Source of the DNA: Amoebophrya sp. A120
Lineage: Eukaryota; Protista; Dinoflagellata
Length of the DNA stretch: 64,000 nucleotides
NCBI GenBank assembly: GCA_905178155.1
Contig: CAJINV010000002.1
Span: 11,720,591 to 11,784,590, forward strand
Reading direction: 5' to 3'
Of the stretch, positions 37,623 through 50,065 are shown in pieces (position 1 is the stretch's first letter; every line of letters starts with the position of its first letter). A program made the position numbers and the translations under genes. The notes beneath the pieces are model-generated. The model did no database searches. It was not told the DNA's origin and saw only the letters and a program-made list of their open reading frames with translations.

Positions 37623-39817
37623 CACGGTGCCGAGGGTGTTTGTCCAGGTGTCTATGTGCCTATGTATATAATGGCTGAGCTGACTGCATTTAGATCGCCC
37701 CGGACCGGGGGGGGAGAGTAAGGCAACACCATACCAACGGGGGGAGATGGAAGGGCCGCGGAGGGTTGCGGGAGGTTGCGCTGGTTTCTGGGTCTACCCA
37801 GATAGCCTCCTACCCGTACATGCTTGCGCTACTTTATCACTTTTCTTTTTTTAAAAAAAAGAAAACCTTGACGCTATATAAGCTCGAGGGAGTGAGGAAG
37901 CACTATAGCAACGGGGGGAGAAGCGTTGCGGGGGGTTGCGCTGGTTTCTGGATCTACCCAAATACAGACCCACGCACACAGATGCTACTATATTACTTCT
38001 TTAAAAAATAAAAAAAAAGAAGGGCCGCAATATGCCCAGCAAATCACATATAAGCGGCGGGGAGTAGGGAAGCGCGATAGCATAGCAGCGGGGGGGGAGG
38101 CGTTGTGGTGGGTGGCGGTGGGTGGCGGTGGATTCGCGTGCTATGTGTATGTCTATATCATATAGATATATATACATGTACATGTAAGCACAGACTTTTC
38201 TAATATGCATATCTGCATATGCGGGGGGGGGAGGCTCGCGCGCACGTTTTCGCCCCTCGGTTCTTTTTCTTTTTTCAAAATTGAGAAACACGCCGGAGAC
38301 CCATTGCGCTGCAGTTCTTGCACAAGTAGCAAAAAAATGCCAATCGCGATGGTGTTGCACCTATTTGCTCTCATACCAGGAACAAGAACTGTAGAAGTAG
38401 AAAATGATGATGTTCCGCCGGCCCAAATGATGATGTTCCGCCGGCCCAAAATGATGATGTTCCGCCGGCGTCCTTGCCAGGGGCGCCCGGACTATGGCGA
38501 CCGGCTTTGGCGGTCTCGCTGGTGCGTTTGGTGGTCGTGCGGTGCTGTTCGGCACGTCGCGTCGTAGTTGTTCCGTTCGGCGCGTCGCGTCGTAGCTGTT
38601 CTGGCCTTTTACCGTTTCCTTGAGGCGTTCGTCTTCAGACACGGCGGAGTGCTCGTCTGGAGTCGAAAAAAGGGGCCGCTGCGAACTCGAAAAGCCCGAA
38701 ACCCGCTCGTGTCTGGAGACCAACGTCGCGACTGTTCGTCTTCAGACTGGGCGAGATGCTTGTTTCCGGCCGTCAGCTAAACCGGTACCTCGTCTCGTTC
38801 CGGGGGCAAGGGTTAAGAACCGCTCGCCGGGCTTTCGTGTTCACAGCAATGCGAAGTGGGGACTTTGCTATTTGCTAGTGCGTCCTGCGCCCTGTTCTGC
38901 GTCCCGCGCCACTACTGCCTTTTACCGTTTCCCGGGGCCTAGAAGGACGGTAAATGTTTGCGGCTGGAGATGGTTGTTTGCTGCTGGGCGGGCTTCGTGG
39001 CGAGAAGCGGGTGGCGCAGGGAGTGCGCACTATCGCGGTCGGCCTCGCTGGGGATCGTTGCTGGTGTTCGTTTGAAGATGTTGTTGGTGTGGGTGGACGC
39101 GTCAGTTCGTTGCAGCAGAGAATCGCGACTCTGGGGGAAAATCACCAGCAACAGGCCCCGAGCTCCCCTGTCGCGGTCGCTCGGACTATGTCGGACTGTT
39201 CTGGGTCACTGCTCTCTTGTCGCGCTGCTGGTTGTCGCAATCTTACAATGCGGCCTGCACGCGTGTTGGAGGGGCTTGCTGGTGTGTGCTAACAGGTTTT
39301 CTTGTTGGAGAGTGATAACAGAAGAAGATGAAAGATAAATCACCAGCTTTAGACCCCGAGCGTCCTTGCCTAGGTTGCTCGTACTATGACGGTCTGCACT
39401 GGGTCACTGGTTGTTATCTTCTGTTACGCTATTCGTGGACATGCGGTAGTAGACGGTCTTGCCACGTGTGGGTTCTTGCGTCTCGTCCTAGCTCCTCGGC
39501 TTCCATCCACCTGGGTCCACCTCCGTCCACGGTTTTCTCGCTTCGCTGCTGCTAGCAGAATGCAATCGTCCACGACAGTGCTGCAACGCGCGAGCAGAAC
39601 CGCAACGGGAAGAAGTTGACGAAACGTCGGGACGTAATGAACGAAAGATAGGAGACAAGGGGAACACGACGGGGACCGGCGTGTAGCAAGGCCAGTCTCT
39701 AGAACGCGCGGGGGTTCATCTTTTCTTTCAAACTACACAGGATGTTAAAGTTCACCTACAAGTGAGATCCGCCGGCCCAAATGAGATGATGATGTTCCGC
39801 CGGCCCAAATGAGGAAG
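37501..39817 (+). repeat. Dispersed and tandem copies of the ~22-bp unit aaatgatgatgttccgccggccc at three sites
   Basis: One copy within 37501-37556, three tandem copies within 38377-38469 (sharing the prefix caggaacaagaactgtag with the first), and about 1.5 copies at 39768-39817 (sharing the suffix aaatgaggaag with the first). Confidence 0.85.
37721..38120 (+). repeat. Degenerate ~170-bp tandem repeat (about 2.3 copies) with G-runs and T/A tracts
   Basis: caacggggggag...gttgcgggrggttgcgctggtttctggrtctaccca...ctttaaaaaa is repeated at ~37735 and ~37909, with a partial third copy at ~38085. Confidence 0.75.
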
Positions 39818-41083
39818 CTTTCTTGCGACGCCGAACTTCAAAGACACGCCCATGTTGATTCTTGACAGTTAGAAGAGCAGCCGCCAAACGATGACAGCAA
39901 TTGCGAGCGAGGCGTTTGTTTCCTCGCCCGCGCCCTGTTGCTTCGCTCCGATATTTGAATTTGACCACTATCAGTTTGCATGCATTGCAGCACTTCTGCT
40001 GTAAAGTTTTTGTGGAGATGAAGGTCGTGGATCGCAGAAGATCAAAAACGAGAACGCGCTGTCATAAAGGGTTCTGAAATTCAAAGTAAGTAGTTTTGGT
40101 TTGCACAAAAGGAAATCTGAAATTCAATTCTCGGTTGAAAAAATAAATGCAACATTCTCACCAGATCGAGTTCCATTCACTCAGGTCTCATTCGTGTTTG
40201 ATCGCTCTAAAGAGGGACGAAAAACGTTGCCGGATCTAGGATCTTGCCAAGGAGGATGTAAGTTTCTGCATCGTGGCAGATTGGAAGCTAGCGCACGAAA
40301 TGTAAATGCGACCGTTCACCAGAGAAGAATCATCCGACCAGACTATTAGCATTTGAAGATCTACTTGTTTCATGGGAAAAGCAGAATAACGATGATCAAC
40401 GCAAAATTGACGATCGTATTCGTCCGTCGCACAATGATGGATAGGAAAAATGAAACACCAGCTTGTGTAAAAAGTATGATTTTTCTGGACAAGTTCTCCA
40501 GGGCGCCTTTAGACGTAGGTAGAAAAGACCTCATGATATGAATGGAGTGCTGACACGTTAGCCTAGCGATATTAGCCCGAAGTTGTCTTTATCACGAGTA
40601 TCAGATTAGTTACGTATACGTGATTCGCTTTTCCTTGTCGCGCTAAGTAAAGCACTTGCTATCCCCCGTTTCCATGCGAGAAGATCTATGTTGATCTTGC
40701 TTTCGTAAAGATCTCTATGTAGCGGCGACGTTTTGTGTAAGATAAGTGTCTGTTGCTAGCTATAGTTTAATGCTGCAAGAAGAACTACTAGTTCTTAGCT
40801 GTATTCCCATATTTCATGCGAACTGTCAGCCATTGACGGTGTTTTCTGGCGGAGGACTGTGACGCTAACGTCGAGTACATCCACCTAGTGAAGAAATCAA
40901 CTTATCTTTTACAAACTTCAGAAAGCGGAAAACAAGGCAAGGTCCTTAAAACCTGGGACTAACTGTAAGATGATTCTGCGGCAAGTTTACATCGTTACGG
41001 CTGCAAATCCAAGAATTTTGGCAACGTGTGCGCACTAGAAAGTTGCATGCTTCTAGCCACACACCGAAATTCCACCGTAGAAA

Positions 41084-44000
41084 ATGTACATGTTTGGTAA
41101 AAAAGGCCAACAGCAGCTGCAACACGCGAACAATAAGACCAGGAGCGGAGACGATGATGGCGTCGATGTTCCGAGTCGGAGGTCGAGCAGTCCGATAGCC
41201 ATGGGCCGGGAGAGCACGACCTGCTGCGAGTCGGATTCCGGGATGGAGAAAGTCGCATCCTGGGAGGTAAGGGATGTGGATTTTGCAAGCCAAGGAAGCG
41301 CAACAAGAGCGCGCGCTGCCAGCCGCGAAGATGCGAAAAACGCTGAGGATCGCCTGCTGCCGCGGAACCGTTCCTCTGCTCGCGAGACGGTGAGCTCGTA
41401 CGGCGGAAATTTGAAGAATGGACCGCCCCCATTCTCGCAGCGGAGCAGTCGCCGGAATTCCGTGGCGTCAGTGACGCCGATCGAAGGACGCGATGACGAC
41501 GTGAATTCTGAGCGCAGCGAAACGAGCATATTCATTCCCCATCACGACGGCTCTTCCGGCGCAGGTTTCGGTAGTGGGTTTTACGGGTCCATGATGCAGG
41601 ACCAGATAATGCAGACGCAGGGGAAGGCAGCCGTGACAGAAGCAGAAAATGCGGAACAAGAGGAGATGGCGCAGAACAACGACCACGATGCGCAAAAGCG
41701 GGTCAGTTGCACGGCGTCTTGGGGCTTTTGGACGTGGGCGGCGGTCGTGTTGGCGACCCTATCTATTGTGGGTGCGCTCGCGGTGGGTATCTTCTACCTG
41801 GTCAAGCACTTCCAGGGTAGTGGCGGAAGTGAGCAGAAGATGCAGCTGCTCCAAATAGCGCCCGAGTTTTCTTTCAAGGACCTGCTTCTGGCCATATCTG
41901 CATCCGCTGCAGTCAACAACGGCGGGGCTCTGCAGCAGCAGGCGGCGGCTGACGTGGATCCTGCCGCCCCCGACCAACCAGAAGCAGGTGTGCAGAGCGT
42001 ACACTTTTTGGCGCCAAACAGGTCGGTGCAGGGAAAGCAGACGGCGATGATGCACAGAGAAGCGACAGAGATGTCCACCGCGTTCCAACACCTCGCCCAG
42101 CACCCGCACGAGCACTACCCGGAACATTGCAAAGTGGGGAACAACGATCGGTTGACGCCCAACCAGAAGCTGCTTTGGATGCGGCTGGTGAACATGCCAA
42201 TCGGCCCACTGGATCGGTTGGGCGCCGAAGGGCGGGAGTCTGTCATCCGGGTGGCGGACGCTCGGAAAACGTCGCTGAAGGAGCTAAAGCAGCGACTCGA
42301 AGCCGGTCTCCGACAGCATGTGAAGAACCTGAAGACGTTTCTGAATTTATTCGTCGATGCGGCGGAGCAACAGCCGGGCGATTTGGAGAACTACGTGGAT
42401 GCCGTGCTGGAGCGCGCCAAGATTCCCGTTTCCGAAGTCGGTGAAAAGGCATGCATCGCGGAGCATTTTCTGCGCATGCTGCAGTTGATTTCGGAAAAGT
42501 TTGAGCGCGAACAGCAAGGTTCTACACCACAGGGAAACGTCGACCCAGACGGACCCAACGGGGAGACGCGCACTGCCACCGTCCCCCTGCTGGCCCTCAG
42601 TTTGTGCGACGAAAGCGAGCAGCTGGAGCGGCTGTGCGAAGACGACAACGTGAAACTTTCGAAACTGCTGGCGGCGTTGCCTCGCGACGCCACGTCGGTG
42701 AGCTCCGCGCAGCGCGAAGACGACTCCGGTGCGGGCGCGGGCACGCAGCGCCGCATTATTAAAGTGGCACTGGCACGCGGAGACGAGGACGATGGACCGC
42801 AGCAGGCAAACCAGGGCGCACTGCTGGTACCAAGTACGCCGGACCAGGGATGGGCCATCGGCGGATTCCGCTTCCGCTGGGCGCAGGTGGACGTGACGAG
42901 CGATACCGCGAATGTCGGCTCGGAGCCACAGTTTCGGGAGGAAAGCACCGTTTCCTCGATGCTGGACAGCATGAATGCCATCACGTGGGACAACGCCAAA
43001 CACAAGGCCAGAGTGCAGGTGCGGAAAAGCTTTGGTTTCTGTTGAAAAAGATAAACAGAACAAGTTTTGTTTCTGTTGATGATGCTGTTCTTAATTCTTG
43101 TTTACGACTGTGCATGTATGATGATGCATTTCGAGGGTATAATTGAGTCGGTGTATTTTGACCGAGTACCTGTCACAGTTTGTACTTTGTAGCAATCATC
43201 TCCTGCTGCCGCACACATGCTTCGTTTTTTTTGCTGAAAGTATGTTCATTTTTAATTTTCAAATTTAGGTCGTGTACCAGCGCGAGAACGACCAGCCGCC
43301 ATTGCAAGTCGTGGAGCAGAATTTCAGCCCGGACGAGGTACGCAGGCATTCGCAGGATGCTGGCGGCGACGTGGCTTCGATGCCCCCGTTGCAACAGTGG
43401 CTTCACTGGGCGAAGTTGCTCTTGTTTCGGTCGGCGGTGATCGCGCACGAAAAAGCCGTGTTTTTTGAACTCGAGGGATTCCCGCTGAACGGCGCCGACG
43501 CTGAGGGCAACACGTGGTTCGAGGTGTTGGGAGACGCGAACACCGTATTGCGGGAGACGGACGTGATCGCGCTGTCGCACGACGACCTAGCGTGGCACAA
43601 GATCTTTCGTCCCCTGTTCGCGGACTCCTGCGAGGGGGCGCGGGCGAAGCAAAACCCGAACAAACGCGGCGGTCAGCCGTGTTCGTTGGAAGAGAAAGCC
43701 ATTCCCTATGTGCAGTTCCAGGCGGCGGACGACAATAACGACATCCCGGCTCATTTTCAGTACATCGCCACCCACCGCACCCGCATCCGCGGCCGGAAGG
43801 CGAGCTGCGGGCTCGCGGCCGAGCCCCATCGCCAGTGCGTGTACTTTCGTAGCTTGAACGGCAAAAGGTATAAGATCCCGCTGCGCACCGACGACCACCT
43901 TCGGGAGCTGGTGCGGGAATCCGGTCAGGACCTTGTTGGCGCCGACTGGCGCTGGGTTGCGGCGCGGAAGGAGTTGCACCTCCACCACAAGTATCAAATG

Positions 44001-47000
44001 CAAAAATGTCTGGGTCTGGAAGAATTCGTGTTTGTCATGCTTGTCTGGCATGATTCTTAAATCTGTGATGCACGTTCCCCAAGAGCCCCATTTTTCTGTG
44101 ATGCAGAAGCGCAGTTTGTCATGCAGAATAGCCAACACCTAGGAGCTCAGAAACTTGTCATGCTGAGCCAGCATCTGTAGCCTCATGATGAGACGCCACC
44201 CAGCATCACAAGTTTCCAGACCCAGACATTTTTACTTTTGATAACAAGAAGGCGGCGGCAAGTGCGGCCGCAGCTCCCGTTGGATCAAACACTGCTGCGC
44301 CCCCACCGGCGGGGAAAGCGGTAGCGCCCGCGGCTGCCGGAAATGGGGCTGCCGTTATTACAATGAAAAATGCCCCCACCCCCGAACTTGCAAGCATTTG
44401 TATTGCAAATCTTTCCAAATGAAACATTCGCCCTCTTGCGTGTATCAGCATCACAGATTTCCGATCGTGAATAGCAAAAATTTGTATTGCAAAAGATCCC
44501 AGCAAGAGCGGTGCTTGTCATGCAAGCGATGCGAAACACGACTAGAATCTGCATCAGAAAGATTCGTACTCCTTTCATGCATGACAAAAAGCTTTCATTT
44601 GGAAACTTCGCATCACAAATTCTTGCAATTTCAGGGGTGGGGGGCATTTTTCACTGTGATAGCCGTTGTAACGAATCCAGGCAGTGCAGCTGGCGCAGGA
44701 CAAGGCGCGGCTGCACCGCCCGGAGCGGTGACTAGTGGAGTTGGACTCGGGACGGAGTTGACGCAGGCGGTTTCCAACGTAGCCAACGCCCTTTTCGACG
44801 GTTCTGGCCAACACGGGAACGGGCAAAGCCAGAGCGGCCAGAGCGGGCAGCTACTTACGACAGCAGGACAGGTGGTTGGAAGTGCGGCAGCTACCGCGGT
44901 CGGTAGTTTCGCAACGGGGCTCCAGCGGGGCTGGCAGGCTGGACGTACGGCACCACCTCCAGGCGCTATCGCAACCGCAGGGACAAATCCAGCGGCCGGG
45001 GGGGGCGCAGTTGGAGCCACGAACCCAGGTGCGGCCGCTGTTGCGGCGCCGGAAGGATTGGGGCAGCGCATGGCACAAGCGGTCGATAACCAAATCCCGC
45101 ACCTGGCAGCAGGGACCGAGGCCATCGCGGCGGCGGTGGGCGAAGGGGCAGTGGCCGTCTTGAGCGCCGCACGGCAGGGCGCGCTGCAGGGAGCGGGCTT
45201 GTCGTCTGCCGTCAACACCGGAGCCGCGGCCCCCGCAATTACTGGCACCGCCAACGCCGTAGCAACTCCGAATATCGGCAACGCAGCAACGCCGACCGGC
45301 AACGCAGCTTCGTCGCAGACGATGCAGGACTCGATCAGAGCACGGATTCCAGAAGTAGTAGAAGCCGTCCAGCCGGTCGCCGATATGGAGAGAAAAAAGT
45401 TTATCATAGTCACTAATTTGCAGGGTTTGCATTACAAATTTTCTTAGCATCACAAATTTTCCTTGTATTGCAGAAACACTAGGGAAATCCCTAATAAAGT
45501 TTGGCTGTGATGCATTTTTACGCATGACAATTGCAAAAATGCGCATCAGTGATCGTGACGAACTTTTTTTGTTTGATAGCCGAGGCGAGCGGCGCACTAC
45601 TACGAGCCAGCGCAATAGCCGCGGGAACTAGCGTTGCCAGAGGGCTTTTCTCGACCGCGGATCCTGCAGCCACAGTACCGGCATCACCGCAAGTAGCACC
45701 TCCGGAAACAGGGGGTACCGTGGCGACACAAGCGGGCGCGGGACTCGCGGGTGCACCGCCAGGACCAGTAGCGTCTGTGCAAAATGGCGCAACACCTGCC
45801 CCCGCGACCCCTGCGCAGACGACGCAGGAGTGGATCAGAGCACAAAGTCCAGTTGTGGTAGGAGCGATCGAGCCAGTTGCGCGGGAGGGCGGTGCATTAA
45901 TACGAGCCAGCGCAATAGCCGCGGGAACTAGCGTTGCCAGAGGGCTTTTCTCGACCGCGGATCCTGCAGCCACAGTACCGGCACCACCGCAAGTAGCACC
46001 TCCGGAAACAGGGGGTACCGTGGCGACACAAGCGGGCGCGGGACTCGCGGGTGCACCGCCAGGACCAGTAGCGTCTGTGCAAAATGGCGCAACACCTGCC
46101 CCCGCGACCCCTGCGCAGACGACGCAGGAGTGGATCAGAGCACAAAGTCCAGTTGTGGTAGGAGCGATCGAGCCAGTTGCGCGGGAGGGCGGTGCATTAA
46201 TACGAGCCAGCGCAATAGCCGCGGGAACTAGCGTTGCCAGAGGGCTTTTCTCGACCGCGGATCCTGCAGCCACAGTACCGGCACCACCGCAAGTAGCACC
46301 TCCGGAAACAGGGGGTACCGTGGCGACACAAGCGGGCGCGGGACTCGCGGGTGCACCGCCAGGACCAGTAGCGTCTGTGCAAAATGGCGCAACACCTCCC
46401 CCCGCGACCTCTCCGCAAACGACGCAGGAGTGGATCAGAGCACAAAGTCCAGTTGTGGTAGGAGCGATCGAGCCAGTTGCGCGGGAGGGCGGTGCATTAA
46501 TACGAGCCACCGCGATAGCTGCGGGCCGGAGCGCTATCGAGGGTCTTTTTCCGACCGGGAACAGTGGAGCTGCAGCACCTGCAACACGGACGGAGGACCC
46601 GGAAGGGATCGCAGCTACGGCCACGGTCGCGGCGCATGCCCCAGTCGCTGGGGGTGCAATCGCGCCGCCGGATCCCGCTGCGGTGCCTGTCGCCGCAAGC
46701 CCAGAACAGCGGACGACGGCAGAATCTATTGCGGCACAAATACCATACGCCACACAAGCGGTCGCGCCGGTCGCGACAGCGGCTGGACAACTTCTTCGCT
46801 CAACTGCGATAACAGCTGGGGAAGGTCTCGTGGAGGGCCTTGGCTTTACGACACGCGCCGGCACGAATCCGCAGGCGGCCACAAGCGCTGCTCAAGAACC
46901 GCAAGTACCCGCGACAGGCGCAGAAGCGTCCACCCTTGGTGCACCAAGTGAAGATCGTCCCGGACAAGAAGTCGGAGACCAGTCGTCGTCCGTGATAAGA

Positions 47001-49163
47001 TACATTGAAGGACAAAGAAATCCGGTCGTGGCCGGTTCGCGTGCCGTTGGCAAGGCCGCCGCACAGGTGGCAGTGAGCGCCCTGAACGGTTTCCGAGATG
47101 GCGTGCTGCAGGGCGGCAGGGATGGCGGGTCAGCTGGAGGAGGACCGGTAGCAGCAGCCGCGTCTGCCGCATTACCCGGACTTGTTAACGGCACCGAGGG
47201 ACCAAGTATAGCTCCGAGTGATAGAAGTTCCTCTGCGAGTCCAGGAACCGTCGAACGCGCTGCCCCGGGTACGTCAAGTAGTTCATTCGATCGCACCGTC
47301 GAAGACAATGCGCGCGAAGCGGGAGCACAGGTGCGCGGGCTCGTGACGGCAGCCGGTGGTGCGTTCTTCGATGGCTTACGGAATCGCCAACAGCACGACC
47401 ACGACGAGCCTAGAATTACCATTTTGCGTCCGCCTGAGGCCACTGCAGAGCAAGCAGCGACAAGTGCTGCTGTTGCCAACAATTCGACAGGCGGACAGAG
47501 GTCAGACACCGAGGACCAGGCTTACAGGTTGGGCGTTCGCCTTCGTGCCGGCGCTGCCGAGAGCGTGTCGGCGTTTGCGGCCGGTCTTCGTGGCCAGGCA
47601 GCTCCTATGGCATCGGCCCAGCGGCCAGGGCCCACGATCGTTGCTCTAGACGAGGAGGGTGCTCCTGCAAGAACAGTTCCAACCGCTACTCCGCACTTAC
47701 GGCAGGGGGATGAATCTGGTGCATCGTCAAGTAGCAGCAGTGTCGCAAGTTTAGCCAGCGCCGTCGGGCCACGGGCTGGAGGCGTAGAACTTGCTCTTCC
47801 GTCTCCGCACGGCGAAGCGGTTCTTCCAGAACATTATCGGGAAGTGTTGCAGCAGCTGGGGATTCAGACACGCGAACAAATTGCTGAGGCGTTTCGGTTT
47901 GCAATAATTGGAGGCCTGTTCGGGTCGCAAACTTTCGACCAGTTTTCGGCAGAGTACGACCGAACGACTGACGCGACGCGTTCTTCTTTCAACAGAGAAC
48001 AGCGACTGCAAATCTTTAATTGTGGCGCGTGGCTTACCGCGCAGGCAGGAACCCCAGAAGCGCAAGAAGCGAAAAAGTTAGTTCTGAAGTGGTTGCTCGG
48101 GCAGGGAGCGGGAGCTGGTTGGGGGCTTGTAAAAGACGTTGGCAGTTATTTTAATCCGATGAAGTTGGTTCGGCCGCGCAAGTGGGCACTTTCCGGCCCT
48201 GCAGGCCATAACAATGATGAACCTGGTGGATTAGTGCGAGTTGCTTCACCCGAAGCTACCGCGGCACCTGTGACCCCACCATCGTCAGGGGCTATGCCAT
48301 CAAGGGACGAGGAAGCGCGAGCTGGAGAACCTGGTCTTGGTGCGGCGGCTGCACCTGTCGCCCCGTCGGGGCAAGGCTCTGCGGGTGAGGTAGTTCCACA
48401 TACAGGAGGGCCGTCGGACGCCGTAGTGACGCCACCTGGAGCAAACGCCCCAGCACAACAGGACGCGGCAGCAGTGGCGTCGTCAGGATCCCGGTGGTAC
48501 AAGCCCTGGACTTGGGGTAGTTCCCGAAGGACTGAACCCACTGCACAACCCGTAGCGACAGAGGACTCTCCTGCGGGGGCAGAAGGAGCGAGTCAACCAG
48601 CAGCACCGCCTTCCTCGGCACGCGAGACTACACAGCGTGGTGACAATTTTGGCGCTCAAAGCGGTGCGAGCGCTTCGCGGCCGTCCAAGTACTATGCGAA
48701 CCGGATAGCGTCGCAAGCAGCCTCTGCTTTTGTTCGACGCGGAAAAACATTCTTAGCAAGGGGCGCCAGAAGTAGTAGCCGTCCTGAGCAGGCAGCGGAT
48801 AGTGCAGCAGAAACGTCGGTGGAACAAACTGGACGTCAGACAGGCATCGAAGTTCGTCCGGCTTCCGAAGGAGGAGAGCAGAGCGATCACGGCGAACAGT
48901 CAGAGAACCGTAGCGCAGAGCCGCCGGCTGAGGTCGCAGGGGGTGGTAGTGGTGGTGGTGGTGAACAGGATCCTGCAAGAGCAGAAGATGCTGCACGGTC
49001 AGCATCGAACGGTCCGCCGGGTGCCGGTCCAGCTGTCGCGGTCACAAGTGATGCTGCCGCGAATCAAGCGAATGCAAATGAAGGTACACCAGGCCGATTA
49101 GCCAGCATTCGTGCCCGTTTACCAAGCTGGCCGAGATGGGGCCGACGTGGCCCCTCGGGTTGA
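41084..49163 (+). CDS. ~2350-aa single-pass membrane protein with an Ala/Gly/Pro/Thr-rich repeat region
   Basis: Exons 41084-43018, 43269-43991, 44249-44355, 44667-45383 and 45584-49163 sum to 7062 nt, which is in frame. Contains one GT-AG intron (43019-43268) and three introners. TM segment WAAVVLATLSIVGALAVGIFYLV. Confidence 0.82.
43992..44243. mobile_element. Introner/MITE family A copy 2 (252 bp)
   Basis: TIR tatcaaatgcaaaaatgtctgggtctggaa / ttccagacccagacatttttacttttgata. TSD acaag at 43987-43991 and 44244-44248. Removal gives ELHLHHKKAAASAAA in frame. Confidence 0.93.
44356..44661. mobile_element. Introner/MITE family D copy 2 (306 bp)
   Basis: TIR tattacaatgaaaaatgccccc / gggggcatttttcactgtgata. 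TSD gccgt at 44351-44355 and 44662-44666. Removal gives GNGAAVVTNPGS in frame. Confidence 0.93.
45384..45578. mobile_element. Introner/MITE family E (195 bp, degenerate TIR)
   Basis: tatggagagaaaaaagtttatcatagtcact / agtgatcgtgacgaactttttttgtttgata. TSD gccga at 45379-45383 and 45579-45583. Removal gives VQPVAEASGALLRAS in frame. Confidence 0.88.
45601..46509 (+). repeat. Three near-identical 300-bp (100-aa) coding tandem repeats
   Basis: The units starting at 45601, 45901 and 46201 differ by only a few substitutions. Confidence 0.97.
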
Positions 49164-50065
49164 GCACACTAGTTTAGACGCGCGGTGGAATACTCGACTT
49201 GTATGATTGACTGCGTTCTCGCGACGTGGCCGGGGCCTTATCGGGGTAGGTTCAGAGTTGCCTACAGCGGAAGTTGTGTAGCAGAGAGCTGCACGGGCAG
49301 CATCGTGTATGACTTTTAGCTTGTCAGGACCCCAAAGATGAAATGCCTGCCCAGCAAGTTTTGGTGATTTTTGGAAGAGCATTACACCATTTTGAAGCGA
49401 CAAAAATAAAACGACAATTTGGCACGTTCTCGTGGCCCATAGAAACTAAATTAGAGTATAGAACTGCCGAGCAGAGGAGTGCTGCTCGGTTGCAACGTTC
49501 GGTAGCCCCGGCATTGCAAGAGTAAGTAGCCATTTAGTTTCTCCCCCGTCTAGTATGATGAATTAGTATTCTTCTACGGTGTTTGAAACCGCTTTTCCGT
49601 AAGACAGATTTATGGCAACCCCGTTTGAGTACCCAACATTGCTTCCGTACCCAACATAAGCCGCCTACTACTTTTAGATAGTCGAAAAACCTTCGCTGAT
49701 CTTGGTAAAAACCGCAATGCAATCTTCAAGAGACTTGGGAACTAGCAAAAACCACATTCTCCATGAAAAATGAAACAGTATGCAAAGAACGCGCTCCGTT
49801 ACCGCTTTGGATTGTTAGATGGCGGTGTGCAGCAACGGCAAGCGTTCGCTTCTTCGTTCGTCCGAGGAGATTCAGAATTTCGGTATGTGTGTTGTATCGT
49901 CGAACATGCGAGCCCCTCTGTAGACGAAAAGACTACTGTAAAAATTGCGCACGGCTCGCTCACGTCAAATGATGTCTAGAGATGGTGGCCTCGTCTCGTA
50001 GAAGGTTTGTGCATCGCGTCCTGTCGTGATCGTCTGCTCTAGCTCATCTATTATGATGCTTGAAG

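Noticed and set aside
38401-38469. Short direct repeats resembling a CRISPR array
   Set aside because: The units are directly adjacent with no unique spacers, there are no cas genes, and the context is eukaryotic.
49526-49535. gtagccattt, matching part of the dinoflagellate spliced leader
   Set aside because: Only 10 nt match and the flanks disagree, so chance is likely.
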